Made by a program: the position numbers and the translations under genes
The notes under the pieces: generated by a model
Told to the model about the DNA's origin: nothing
Database searches by the model: none
What the model saw: only the letters and a program-made list of their open reading frames with translations
Source of the DNA: Lytechinus pictus
Lineage: Eukaryota
DNA: 64,000 nt
Assembly: GCF_037042905.1 (NCBI RefSeq)
Contig: NC_087257.1
Coordinates: 15,066,001-15,130,000 of the forward strand
Direction: 5' to 3'
Shown here: positions 13,158-27,300 of the stretch, in pieces
Layout of the letters: the number at the start of each line of letters is the position of its first letter
How positions within the stretch are numbered: the first letter of the stretch is position 1

Positions 13158-14759
13158 GAAAAGAAATCATTTTACGTCACAATGATCACAGTAAAAAGAA
13201 TTTGATTTTGCTATTGAAATTGATACGCAAATAGTAGTGTGCAGCGTTATGCTTGAATACGCACATAATTCTGCCTCATATTACGTGGTTGAAATCAGCA
13301 CTGGGCATGCGCGTTAGAATGAAAACAACAACAGCCAAACACATCTAACAGGTGATACGGGCTCATATTACCTGTTTGATCTTTCTGACCAAGTACAATC
13401 AGTAAATACAGGTTTGTCTAACAAAAAGATTGACCAATCAGATTACAGAATCAAAGAGAAAAAAGGCCCAATAAGAGATAAACTGTTACATGTGTATCGC
13501 ATTCTCAAAGTTATGTGGCGCTGTATAATTATCTCTCTCCGTTGTAGTGAATTTACATTCAGCTTTAATTTGTGCGAACAACTTCAAAACATGGAATCAT
13601 TTCATTTTTTACTTGAAGAAGTGTCCTTCCAAATCATTTATTTTAAAGAACCAAATATTCAGCTGACGATTTTGATTTTTTTGTCACTGCGAATTCTATA
13701 TTTGCAACATTTTTCACTAATTACATCTGCATGAAGTACTATTCTTATAAATAAACATGAACTTTTATATTAAATGTAATTGATTCGATCTCATGAATTT
13801 TATTAGAGGAGTTTTAAAATATTGAGGAGAGAAGAAAGATTATGAACAAAATAGAGAGGTAATGAGTTTTATTAAATGATATAAATTGAATATGAATATT
13901 TGAGAGTTGGCACTTATTTGAAAGTGTTCCTTTAATTTAACAAGTAAAGACTATTCAATGTCTCTCCACAAATAATATATAATCTATTACAAAAGACGCA
14001 TGTGATACATAACATACAATATTTTACATGTGTAGAAAAACAAAATTTTAAACAGATTTGATTTTCCTCAATCCATCAAGGCCTACAATAAACGTAATGT
14101 TTGCATATTCATAGTTCCTTCTAACTGGTGCTGATATTAAAAAATAATTTTATGATGAAAACGAAAAATGGCCTTTTAAACATCTAGTTGAAAATATGTA
14201 ATATATTGAGCATACAAAATTCCAAATAAAGGGAATAATAAGTTCAATCCGGTATGCCCAATACAAAATCATTAACTTGATATGACCAAGCAGGCCTGTG
14301 CTTCGCACTTCTGGTTCAACTTTGACTATGGGTTCATATCTACTGCAGATAGCTTCTATAATTTAATAGGATTTTTCAGAAAAAGATCTTGTTTGTTACC
14401 TCCTAGCTGAAGATGCAATTATTCTTCGGGACATGGGGCACTACTCCCCACTCAACAATTTTCAAAAATGAGAAAAATAGGAAGAAAATCGAAAAAGGGA
14501 CGGTAAAAAAAAGATGAATGCCCGCGAGGTATGTCTTTATATATATATAGGCATATCCCTAATATTCAAATGGTAAAATGACGTCACCTTCAGTCAGATC
14601 GCCTTGTATCTGCTTTGTTTAGATTTAACGATATTTTGCTGTAGGTAAAGTTACTCTTTAAGGCAAGCCAAGTTATATTTTCCTAAGTAATCAATGACTA
14701 GTTATTTTGTCATATTACAATTTTTTCTTGTACTTTATTGCGGACTCTTGGCTGATCGG

Positions 14760-15324
14760 TCACTTTTTAATATGGAGAGATGTGTAAGCATTTGGGATCG
14801 CAGCACTCTTGGCATCAAAGACGGTATCTTGCGTTCCAGCGGAGTACGAAATGGTGGCATTTGATGGCCGTGAAGACGTGGAGCTTGTGCTCGTTCCACG
14901 TGATCCACCCAGCCTTCTGCCCGTCAGTAGCCGAATGACACGGGATAATAGACGTATCAACTGTTGCCGAACCTCAGGAAGACGAATGCAGAAAAGAATG
15001 AAGATGAAAACGCCTTGCAGAGAGGTGAAAATGACGAAAAGAGCGGTGAAGAAGAACCGTGCGCCACCGATCGCCATGAATCCACACACCCAGCTCAGAC
15101 CGACCAACGTCCCGATGGCTACCGCGTTCTGCAGGCGGCGAAGTAGCTCAGCACGCCGACCCGCGGCATTCGAGTCTTCCATCGTGTTGGTAAGCGACGC
15201 CATTTTCCTTCTACATGTCACTTTGTAGATGACGAGAGTGAAGATGATTGTGTTGATGGTGAGGATGAGGGCGATGGGAAGCAACTGGGCAAAGTAGAAT
15301 GACTCCAATGGAATCATGAAGCAG
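14760..15324 (-). CDS. aGPCR exon 15: TM5-TM7 and C-tail
   Basis: YCFM...PIALILTINTIIF...LVGLSWVCGF...FTSLQGVFIFILFC. Confidence 0.93.
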
Positions 15325-18300
15325 CTGAAAAGACACAACATAATTTTTTTAATGACATATACAATCGGATGGTTTGGATTCGTTTCATCGGTGTGACTAT
15401 TATTAATCATCCTATTAATTACTAAAATGCCTTTGTTCTGGCTTTGTGCAGATGTTGATTTTCATTTTAAAGAAAATGTCTCAGATCACTAGTCTCTGAT
15501 CTTTTAAGGCCAAAAATCTATCAACGAGGGTACAATACTGCCCTATTCACTCGCATGGAATGCAAACATTTTTTTGGCGGCAATCGATCGCTAATTCCAA
15601 TGGACATAATGGGGATGCCGTATCCGTGTTCGATACCCGGCACGTTTATGCCCTTGATGAAGGGATTTTATCTTCATTTCTACAATCTTGCGTCAAATAA
15701 ATACATGAAAAATGTTGTATGTGTTATTAGTGACGAAAAAATCTCTTCTCATACCGGGGGGGGGGGGGGTCCATATAATCGGCCAACTGCGTGAAGTATA
15801 CATTTACGGTGTGTGTGTGTTTTTGTGTAGTGACTAATAAGCCAAACGTGTTTTACGGGTGCAAAATAACATGATAAGCCTATATTGGATGAAATATCTG
15901 ATTATTGAAAAAGGTCGAGTATTAGACTCAAATGGCTATCTAATTAACTTACTAGTCTGGATTTCTGTAAGCGTTCAGGTCTACGGCAACGGTAATACAA
16001 ACGATAACCAGTGGACAACCTACATAAATATTCAAAATGATAGTTAAATGAAGCATAGGAGAACTGGGAGAGGGAGCAGGAGATGTATGGCTAAAAAATA
16101 CCAAGTTAAAGCTGTAAAGAAGTGACCTGTACCCCAGATGCATATCCTATAAGGAACTTTTATAATACGGCCTTTCCTCTTTTCATGTCATGTCCTCATA
16201 TAATAGTTGACCAGGTATAGACAGGTCCTTGGTGAATATTTAAGTGAACCTTTTTTCAGCTATGTCTATTCATTCTTTATACATGTTACTAGAGTAACAT
16301 GAATTTCACTTTATTTCACAATCATCAATACCAGACTCGCCTTGGATTTCCTCCATTTTTCATTTTATTATATTGCATGAGATTCAGAGATCCATGGGAA
16401 GATAGAGTTGAGATATTGTATTTTTTCTTTAATAAAGTTAGTCTGTTTTGAATATTCAGGAGTAGGCCTAGGATAATATTTCTTGACTTCGCAAAAATTT
16501 TAATACTAAAAAGGTGATAATATCCCGGGAATGTTCACGTCCTGAAACGTTAATAATTCCTTATTGTCCGAAATCACTAAAACGTCCATCTTTCATGATT
16601 GTTTACTTGAATGGTAAAAAGAATTTATTCTTACCCCATGCAAAGAAACAGGATTTCAAAAGCATCTTGGGCATGTACGTGTTCATCACTCTAACGAACA
16701 TGAGATACATGCTAAATGCCTCGACACCCATCCACGCTACTGCTGCTAGACTGAAATAATGCAGCATGATTGCGATCACTGTGCAACCTAGTCCCCAGGA
16801 CGGTTTGTCCACGCCAACGACAAAGACCAAGTAAAGACCGAGCAATGCGGAGCTGAGGTTGATCATTATCTGTTGGGGAAGCCTCCGACGTAAACTCCTG
16901 AGAATTTGAAAAAAATCGCATAAGAATTAATGAGAACGAGATTCAATGGATACATGTTTCATCAAACTTCTGCCGCTGCTACCCCCCTTCCCCGTGATGT
17001 CCAAGTAGTACCAAATAAGACTGAGAAGAAAAATGAAATTTATGGGAGAGAAAGAGAAATGAAAGAGATTATTTATGCGCAGTGTAGATATAATTTTCAT
17101 CACTGTCATTTTTAAGGTAGTTTTTTTCTAATTATAGAATTGTAACATCAATGCATTAATATTAAGTGTATAATCAAGATTATTTATATTGCTAGAACGA
17201 CGATGAGTTATTATTCATTATGGACTTTTCAATGTGCACGTCAACTATTGGACTAGTACTTCTTTCGCCAGGAAAGCAGACGAGATATATGTGCTGCGCA
17301 TGCGCTTTGTATCGCTGAACTTTATTATACCGAGTCCTAATCCATGAACACAATGTAGACTATTAAGGCTTAACTACGTATTAGTCCAGAAGTAAACGTG
17401 CAAGTCGAGAAACAAGGCATGTGATGTTGGGAAAAAAAATTCAATCTCACCTTATGCCAGCAAGGACTCCGATCGTAATGATCAAACAGATAATGGAAAC
17501 ACTGCATCCTAGTATACTAATGATATCCAGGGTCCTCGAACTAAATCCTCCTTTGGTATCCTTCAATAACAAATTAACCAAAAAAAAAATCCGTTGTCAC
17601 CATTCACATATCTCAATGTACTGCAGTGGGGTACAGATGGGGGGCTTGAGGTGCGCTTGCCCCCCCCCCCCCATTTTTCATGACCAAGAAAAAAAAGAGA
17701 AAAGGAAAGAGAAAAGTGAATTATGATATTATTTTCTGAATATGATGTCAAAATCTATTACAAAATTGGATTTTTATAATCAAAATATCGATTTTTTTTT
17801 TTCAATCGCCTACGTCACGTCTGGTCCCCTGAAGATTTTTGGCTCATTACGCCTTTGATGTACTGTGAAACAAAAGTGATTGCTGCTTGGTTTACAAAAG
17901 CTTCAGAGTCTGCACGCAGAACGATTTTGAAAGTGGGGGTGGGTTGAGCAAAGAGTGTTCAGGGCTGATTATGCTGAAAATCGCAATTTGATGGACATTT
18001 TCACATGTTTGTACATGGTTGCTGAAAACGATGGGGATACCCCCCCCCCCCTGGTTCCGTGGCCTCTGAGGTCGTCACCTTTTCTTTTGGTCACATCCTA
18101 TATGTTGGTATCTTAGTACATTTACAACCAATTCGTCATAAATTTGGTCTAATTTGCCATTTAGTCAATTTACAAAATCGTCTAATTTCCATTTAGGCTT
18201 TATCCAATCGGTCTAACATCCACTTGGTCAACCCCAATTAGTATAAGATTTCATGGGTTATTTAACGGCGTGAAACAAAATTTCATTTATAAAAGTCAAA

Positions 18301-21300
18301 TCTGACAAGAAAATGAAAATAAGACAAAAGGGGGTATTACACCCGAATTACTAGTATTGTAGTGTAGACAATCATTATTTAATATTTCTTGGTAATACTG
18401 AACAATGGACACAAACCAATAATACGGCAAAACTTGTTAGATGGGTACAATGGCATGATACCAATCCTCTAGGAGAAAGTGGGCCAGTCTGGCACCCCTC
18501 TTGAGACCACACCCCTCCTGGCACACCCCTATAGCTTTTCCAGTAGACACATCGGGGGACAATCTCATCTTTCGTTCTGTCCAATATAAGATCCTAATTA
18601 CAGAAAAAATATGAGAAAGGCTTTGTGAGAGGGGTTTTGTGGGTTTGTGTATGGATATGTTTGTGCAAATACGAAACAAAATTGAACTAATTGAGCAGAA
18701 TGATAAATTCGGGGAATCATAAAATCATCTCACGCTACGAGTTTAGAGGTTTTCCCCCTCAAAATCTGGAATTGACACTTCTTTTGATTCGTAGGCTGTG
18801 TCAAGAAAAGGACAATTACATGCAAGATTCCTGTTTCCATGGTGAAAGGGTTCGTGACAACAGCGAGCATAAATACGTATCAGTTGGACAAAATAAATTG
18901 TTTGAAATCAATTAATTTGTTAAATCTTTTTAGTTAATGGAGGTTGTTTACTTAGTACTGTTTAAAAAAAATGTAAACAATAAGCACAAATGTTGACCAC
19001 ATTATACAGAAAAGGTAGCGTAAGTTTTAAAATACATTTATATTGGTAAACATTTTGAACTTTTCCATCGTTTATCTAGATTTTTATACTTTTATTCAAA
19101 AATAGAATACATCCGTTCACTGCTCGATTTGTTTGTCTCGAATTATAAATTCTCATCAGTACAAAATATTCTGCTCCTTATAGCTCTACAAAAATTAAGA
19201 TGCCTTTATTAGCAAGAAGAAAACTGAAATTATTACCCTTTTAATTTTGAAATGTAAAACCACTGGATCAGAGAGATTTTTAATATCAACGCCCTCTATG
19301 GTAATAGATAAGACGGGTGAAGCTAAGATGGCGTCCTTCTTCAATCCCTCGTTGGTTGACGAGTTTGAATCAAATAATTTGAGAGAATCTAATACAAATA
19401 CACTGACTGCCACGTGACTATTTCCATCTGAAGTTGACGAAGAAAACAAATTCATACACAGTACAGCACGAAAAAAATATCTGGGCGTTTTATAACTAAT
19501 TATATCATTCAGAAATTGAATATGATTGTTTTTTACGGTTTACAATGTAATACAGTTACAATTATTTTTCTATTAACTGAAACCTTAATTATCAATTGGG
19601 TGCAGATCTTAATTATAAGATTCTTTCTTTATCGACAGTTCATTTCTTCTCAAAAACACCGAGTACACATATATCAAACGTTAGGGAGAAGAAAATTGCC
19701 CCCCCCCCCGACTCTATTTCTCCCTGGGGTTGATCTTTTTTTTCGCATTTAAATTACAACTAATCAGCAAATATTGAAACGTAAGGAAAAACGCTCACGA
19801 TTTTACGTGGACCAGGTGGGTGTTTCATAAAGCTGTTCGTAAAGTGACGTACAACTTTACGCACGACTGCAACATAACATGTTGTTAGCTCATAAATCGA
19901 TTCTATAGGGATATCGCTTAGCACAAGAAAGGATCACCAGTCGTGCGTAAAGTCATTCGTATCTTACGAACAGCTTTATGAAACACCCACCTGGTATGTA
20001 ATCCAGGATCTCTTCTGGCAAGAATACCGATGATAATCCCTCTTCTTTAACGGTCTCCTCATTGGACGAAAATGTGATGACGTCATCGTCCTCATGGCGA
20101 CTTGGCGCACTAATACTTGCCGTAAGAGGGAACGTTGTTCTCTGTACCTTTACCGCCGCTACAACGACGTTCTCGCCGCGGAAGGTTAAGTTGCTGCTGA
20201 CATTGGTTGCCTGCAATCGGCTAATGAAAGCATTGACGGACGACAGGATTGAGTCCGCCGCTCCTTGGTTGTCTTCAAAGGTATCACTGTCTTTGTCAAG
20301 AGTCGTATCTACCAGGGCCAAAACTTTCTGGAGATCAATAAACAAATTTAAAAAAAAACAATAATGAATCGTAGAAAAATCAAGCACCGAAACACTTCTA
20401 AATATTGTCTATCAATGGCGTATGGAGTCTAAGATTTAGAAAGAGTAGAACTTTAGTATACGGGGTATTATCAATAGGCGTAATGAGTATAGCAGTAGGC
20501 GTAATGAGTACACCATTTTGATGGGCAGAACATTCGCATACGATGGTCGATTAGAAATTCTACTTCAAACCCATTAAAAGATGTAAAATATCGCAAATAT
20601 TAGTTTTCAGTGGTGTAATGAGTCCAACATTTGAGGATGGCAGAATGGAAAACATGGGCAGGGAATTTTCTAAATAGTCGCAAAGCGCAAACGAGCGATA
20701 AATAATTATAATCTTTACATTTTTGTCTCACCTGCATAGCAGAGTGAGAATATTTAGGCACGGCTTTTCCGACGACGGCATCAACATCAAATCTTAACCG
20801 AAGGTTAAGTCTTTGAAATTATGGCATAACTTAGAAAGGATATAGACCTAGTTCATGAAATTGAGACATAGGGTTAATCAATTATTGCTGAACATCCTGC
20901 CTGACTTTCAAGTCACATGATTAAGGTCAAAGGTCATTTAGGTTTAATGCACTTTGACCAAGTTGGGGGTATTTGTTGAATTACCATCGATCATAACTTC
21001 GAATGTTTATGGATCTGATTCATAAAGCTTGGACGTAGGTGTAATCAAGCATCACTGAACATCCTGTGCGAGTTTTAAGTCACATGACGAAGATCAAAGG
21101 TCATTTAGGGTCAATGAACTTTGACCAAGTTGGGGGGCATTTGTTGAATTACCATAACTCTGAAAGTGTATGGATCTAGTTCATAAAACTTGGACATAAG
21201 AGTAATCATCACTGAACATCTCGTGCGAGTTTCAGGCCACATGACAAAAGTCAAAGGTCATTTAAGGTCAATGAACTTTGGCCATGTTGGAGGTAATTAT

Positions 21301-24300
21301 TAAATTGCTGTCATAACTTTCAAAGTTTATGGATATAGTTTATGAAATGTGGACATATGGGTAATCAAGTATCACTGACAAGTCTTATGTCACATGATAT
21401 AAGTCAAATATCATTTAGGGTCAACGAGCGTAGTATTGTATCATTATACGAATGGTGTTTTTTGTGAATAATCATTTTATAGAAGTTTTCAAAGGCAGCA
21501 CTGCTGCTATATTGAATCGCGTAATGCATGTGAGACTGCCAAAGGCGTTCCACTTGTTTCTTTTTTTATAACCGGATCTTGAAAAACAAATTTGTAAACG
21601 GATCTTGAAAAACAAAATACTTGAACATGGAAACTTATCGGATCCAATGAAGAAAATCTAATCTCTTAGGAAATATAAAACTTTATAAACAGAAAGAATG
21701 GCTACTACACTCGCCTTGAATTAAAATTTAGGCAAAAAAAAAACAGGATGTTATTTTGGATATGATATTCATCGCGTCAGCAAATTAGGGGTGGTGTTTA
21801 ATTTCGTTTGGTAAAGAGTATTCCTCCCTGGTGTTACAATCAGGTATAAATAATACAATCGTAACGCCGCGACAATTTTAACTAAGTTTCGCCAACGGTC
21901 TTCATCGAGTTATTCCCGCCAATAGTCAGATAATTATCGTCTGTGGTATCATCATGGAAGGACGCGGTAAGTTCGTCTCGGTTTGGGCGTTGATTCTCTT
22001 CGTCGGTCCGTCCATCGTCAGGTTTTCTGGAGTGGATGCGACGACGTGTGGATGCCCACCGCTATGGACTGGCTTTGATAGCAATTGTTACAGGTTAGTT
22101 ATTTTTCATTTTTCTCGATAGCGTATTTTCGCAATCACTGCGCAGACGCTTTATACAAATTAACGCACAAAATAATGGACGGCCGAGAGGTTTTTGTCGA
22201 AAGTCGGTGGACCGGGACAGTAGATCGTCCGAAAATTCGGACCGGACGAAAAATTGCAAATGATTATATTGCGTGTCCAGAGTCCAGGACGATACTGACG
22301 TGCCTTGATTCATCGATTTTTGACAAAGCCTGTTTTGTCATGGTATGTCTTTGAAAAAAAATATCCGCGTTATAGAAAGCGTCATCGCAGTGACTGCGAA
22401 AACTCCATAATTACACTTTAGGTTAAATGTATGTATTCTTCCCATGTGTACATTTGTTATGTCAATGCACTACTATTCGACATACGGCATTTATGCACCG
22501 GTATGTGTATGGGAGGGTGCGTGTGTGGGTATCAGAAGCGGCACTATGGGGACAGAGGAGACTTCCCTCTCCCCCATTATTTGTTAAGTAGTGGAAAAGA
22601 GGGAAGTGTTATAAAAATAAATATACCCGAGCCACTTCTGAGGGGTGTGTGAATGGAGATATAATAATAATAATCCGCTTTTTAGCATCCGAACGACGTG
22701 TCTAAGCGCTTTACAGATTATATCTGATATAAATTATTACCCCGGTCATCGGATTCAATCAGTCATTAGTATATATTAGTTGATGTCCAATTTGACATTC
22801 ATATATTCATTAATTATTGTCATGATCATGAATGATTTATATAATAATTTTCATGTAGAAAAGTAAATAACATGCCATTTACACAAAAAGGGGAAAAGTT
22901 TGACCCGTAGACTATAATATTTTACAGTTTTACTCCCCAAAATGACACAAAAAGTGTTGTTTCTTGTTAAATCAGTGCATTTTTGTTTTACAATTACGTA
23001 GATTTGTTAAACTTTTGTCCTACTGTAGGCCCAGTTTCGGTTGCGTTTATTAGCTTGGAATCACTCCGCTTTATCATGTTCCATTACGTTCTTTAGCTTT
23101 TAAGCCTTTTTCTATTTTGGAAGCCATTGCCAGTCCTCCGTCAAAAAAAAATCGAAAGCATAATGACAATTTGAAAACAAATCATTCATTTTCATTCGAT
23201 TGCTTCACTCGCACGCAAGTTCTGTTTATTTTTTATTTTTAATCATGTAAGTCTATAGGGTCAAATGTCTAACATCTGAGTCCCCTAAAGTATTCGGCTC
23301 ATTTTGGCCACTGGCACTATGCTAACAAAAAACAACTTTGAAGTCTACGATTGAAATCGGACACACTTTGATATCAATAATCATCTGTAAAAAAAAAATA
23401 CAAAAAAAATAGAATAAAATAAGACCCTGCAATTATACTCGTTGTACGTTAATACTGGGTTGTTATATACTTTCATTATATACCACCGTATCTTATTTTT
23501 AGATACTTTTCTTCAGAGAACATGACCCAGTTTGATGCCGAGCTAGCCTGCCAAACTTTCACTACGCCAGGTTCTATTGGTCATCTTGTTTCTATCCATT
23601 CCCAAGACGAGATGGACCTTATCTCTGTCATGTACGAGACACTAAGACCCAAAAGGGTATGTATTACTAGCGAGTACCGGGTCAGATGTGGCATATGGGG
23701 CAAACTTATTTAAAACTGCGAGCGAGCAAAACTTTTGGTCTCTTTGATCAAAAATAATTACTTTTGTAATAAATTTATACATAATATTGATAAAAGCATA
23801 TATATTACACCCCTTTCCTATCCTTTTCTCCTTATTTTCTTGGTCACGAACTTTTCGAATGCTACGTACGAATTTTGACGGGAAAGTGCTCCCAAAATAC
23901 AGATGAACTTTGGCCTTTGTTAGAGAAAGTGCTTCCGGAAATGACAGTCGTATTTTTCATATTTTTAGCAATAAGGCCGCATTCTTTGTTTAATGAAACA
24001 TTTTGCAAAAGTGGGGCATAACAATTTGATATACATAAGAAATATAAAACTTATTGACTTATGATAATATAAGATAAATGGATAAGTGGAGGCTTGCAAT
24101 GTGGGGGGTGGGTCAGGCGAACCTTGGCCCCTATACGCCAGTGTGATTAATCGTAGAAAATAGCCCCAAGCTTCACTGGCGTAAATCCGTGTTGATGGGT
24201 GGGGGGGATGACTGAAATATTTTGGCATTTTTTGCAATCATGTTTTTAGATATGCAAGGAATTGTCATTGATATGTCCACAGTGGCGTACCGTGGGTCAC

Positions 24301-27300
24301 GGCATTGGGGAGGGGGGGCACCAGCAAAATTTTTGAATCACTAAGTGAGTGCGCTAAGTTGCCAGTTATACTGACCTAATAGAGACATTTTAAAGACAAG
24401 GTCATTAAACGGATATGTAGCTCACTGATCAAATAATGCGAGCGCGAAGCGCGAGCTGAAATTGTTTTATATTCACACCTAAAAAGGGACAATATAATCA
24501 AATTTGTGTAATCATGATAGGTACCTGTCTCGCTAAACAATGCGAGCGCGAAGCGCGAGCTGAACACTTAGATAATTCAGACCTGAAGTGGGGCATTCTA
24601 AGGTTTCTTTGTAGGAATTAACTAGGACCATACGTATTTCATTAACCAAAAGATGCGAGCGCGAAGCGCGAGCTGAAAATTTTTGATATTCAGATCAGAA
24701 GAAGGGACATTTTAAGGACTGATTTTAGGAATTCATGAAGAGCAGACATATCTCACCAATCCACTAATGCAAACGTAATCACGGACAGGAAATGTTTCAT
24801 ATATACGAAGACCTTAACATGGGGCAATCACTTTTGAGTCATGAAAAAGAAGCATATGTCACTACATAAAACAATGATAGCTCAAGTGCTAGGAAATATA
24901 TTTGGTTTATATTGACTTGAAAACGATATGTTACAGGATTATATATCTCGTTAAACAGACAATGCGAGCACCAGGAACAATAAAAATAGACGTAGGCCCT
25001 GGGCAAATTATGTTTCATAAAGTTGTAATGTAACATAACATAATTATGATATAATATAACATTATTTTGAATAATATAACATTATAATGAATAATATAAC
25101 ATTATAATGAATAATATTTTCTTCTTTCCCACTACGTTTCTCTTCCTTTCTCGCTCTTTTCTCCTTTTCCCCCTTTCCTCGTTTTTGTTTTTGGTCAGCC
25201 GATGGGGGGGGGGAGGATGTGCCCCCCATGTCCCCCGTAGTTACGCCACTGTATGTCCATATGGCAAATACCCCTCCAATATTATTATCTTTTTTTTACC
25301 CCATGATGGTATAATGGTTTTATTAGAGATTACATTCAAAATTTTTTGACATTCCATCTTCATCCCTTCCCAAAGACCCCAACATTGATGAATTGGAAGA
25401 AACAGGGGTTTCTCTTCAATGTTATAATAAGGACATAAGTATTTCGTTTGGAAATGGTGAAATGGCTCTTTATTTGCATTTTATGATTTAATAATATTGT
25501 TTTATTTGTTAAGCGGTATTTTAGGAAGAATTTTCACCAATAAAACAATTATCTCTTGTGATTTTTTTTTCATTTCTTTCGTAAAAAGTGGGGGGGGGGG
25601 GATGTTTGTACAGGCCATCCCCCCCTCCTCGAAAAGTGGGGGGGATATATCCCCCCCCCCCATCCCCCCCCCCCGGGATTTACGCCAGTGCCAAGCTTTA
25701 TGTTACGGGGCACACATTAATGACAGCAAGATCGAGAAATTTCGTTCATTTCTTTTTTTACACAGCCGGGGCGAGGCACACGGGTGTGGATCGGCCTACA
25801 CGATCGTGCTCTGGAAGACTCTCCAGATTGGACCGATGGAACGCAATACGATTATTCAAACTGGGCACTTGGCCAGCCTAACGATCAAAATGGAGCAAAT
25901 GATTGCGTCTTCTTTTCTAAATATCACCTTTACAAGTGGAATGACATTGGATGCAGCGTTTCTAGCCTTGTCGAAGCTTTTATCTGTAAGATTCCACAGT
26001 GGTAAATTTGTGTACCAACATACGCAGCGAGGAGAGGGGGGATGCAGGGTGACAACTAAATTTTGAAAACTCAAAATTTGTACAGAAATATTTCACAAGG
26101 TTGACATAGACTGTATATATATATACACGGAATCCTTCAATTTCTCTTTTAAAAATGCAAAAGTTCCCAAATACTAACAAGTGCAGTCGCTTTGCTCCCT
26201 CGCTTTTGGTTTCGTCAAAAATGATGCTTGATGCACGTACATTCTGCACCCCCCTGAAAAATATATGTATGACCATATGTAAAAGTATGGTTTATAGGCT
26301 GTACTGAGGATTATACACTGACTGTTGGTAAAAAAAAATGGCTGCATGTATATGAATTTATCAGCTAGTTGTAATTGATATTCTAGTAATTTAGGTCCTA
26401 CTGTTTTCTAGTCTCATATCTCACTGAATACAATCATGTAAGAAATATGAACTGATCTAGTCAATTTGGCATATCATGTTTTTTAGTGTTTTAATGATGG
26501 CGACTGTCATAGGATGTGCAATGTAGATTAAAAGTAGGCGTATCAATTTTCAGGAATCAGGCATCAAAATGTCCCGAAACCCAGTAGGCATACATGTTGT
26601 TTTTATAACATTTCCAAAAGGCTCAAAATTTGTTAAAGATGTTCTAATATGTATATTGGTACATTTCAATTGAGGAGGGCAGAATGGCATAAGGGGACAG
26701 GGAATTTTCTCAAAAGCCGCAAAGCGCAAAACGAGCGAGAACAAAAAAATAATTATAACCTTAACAAAGCGGAAACCTATTTTATGTAAGAGATTCTGTC
26801 CTCATAATGACCGTAAATCAACTTCATAGTTTAGCTTTTCGCCTTATTTCTTTTTTTTTCATATCAGTCTAGGCATATTGTGGGGGAGGTGGAGACTTCC
26901 ACAAGCCATAGCTGTGTGCTGGTGTTAGCTATTACTATAAAAAATAGTTGTTCTTGCCTAGTAAGACCTCAGAATCTCCCACAGTTTATTATCATTCATC
27001 ATCATCCTAATCATCCTCAAAATAAATAGGATAGTGGTAACAATAATGATATTGAACGTCCTCTTTTTATGTGTGTGTGAGGGTGTGCGTGCGTGTGTGT
27101 GTGTGAGGGTGCGTGTGTGTCAATGAATAAAATGAGGCGGCGGGACGTAGCAAATGAGTTCATTCTCCCGTGTTGCCAAGCTTTCGGCCGTTTACATGCT
27201 GTTCAAGGTTTGATTATGGCAAGAGGAGGGGTAATATGGGTTTGGTGGTATATGGTTGTGTCTAGTGTAATGCGTAACGAGTGCGCTCGGTATTATTGAT

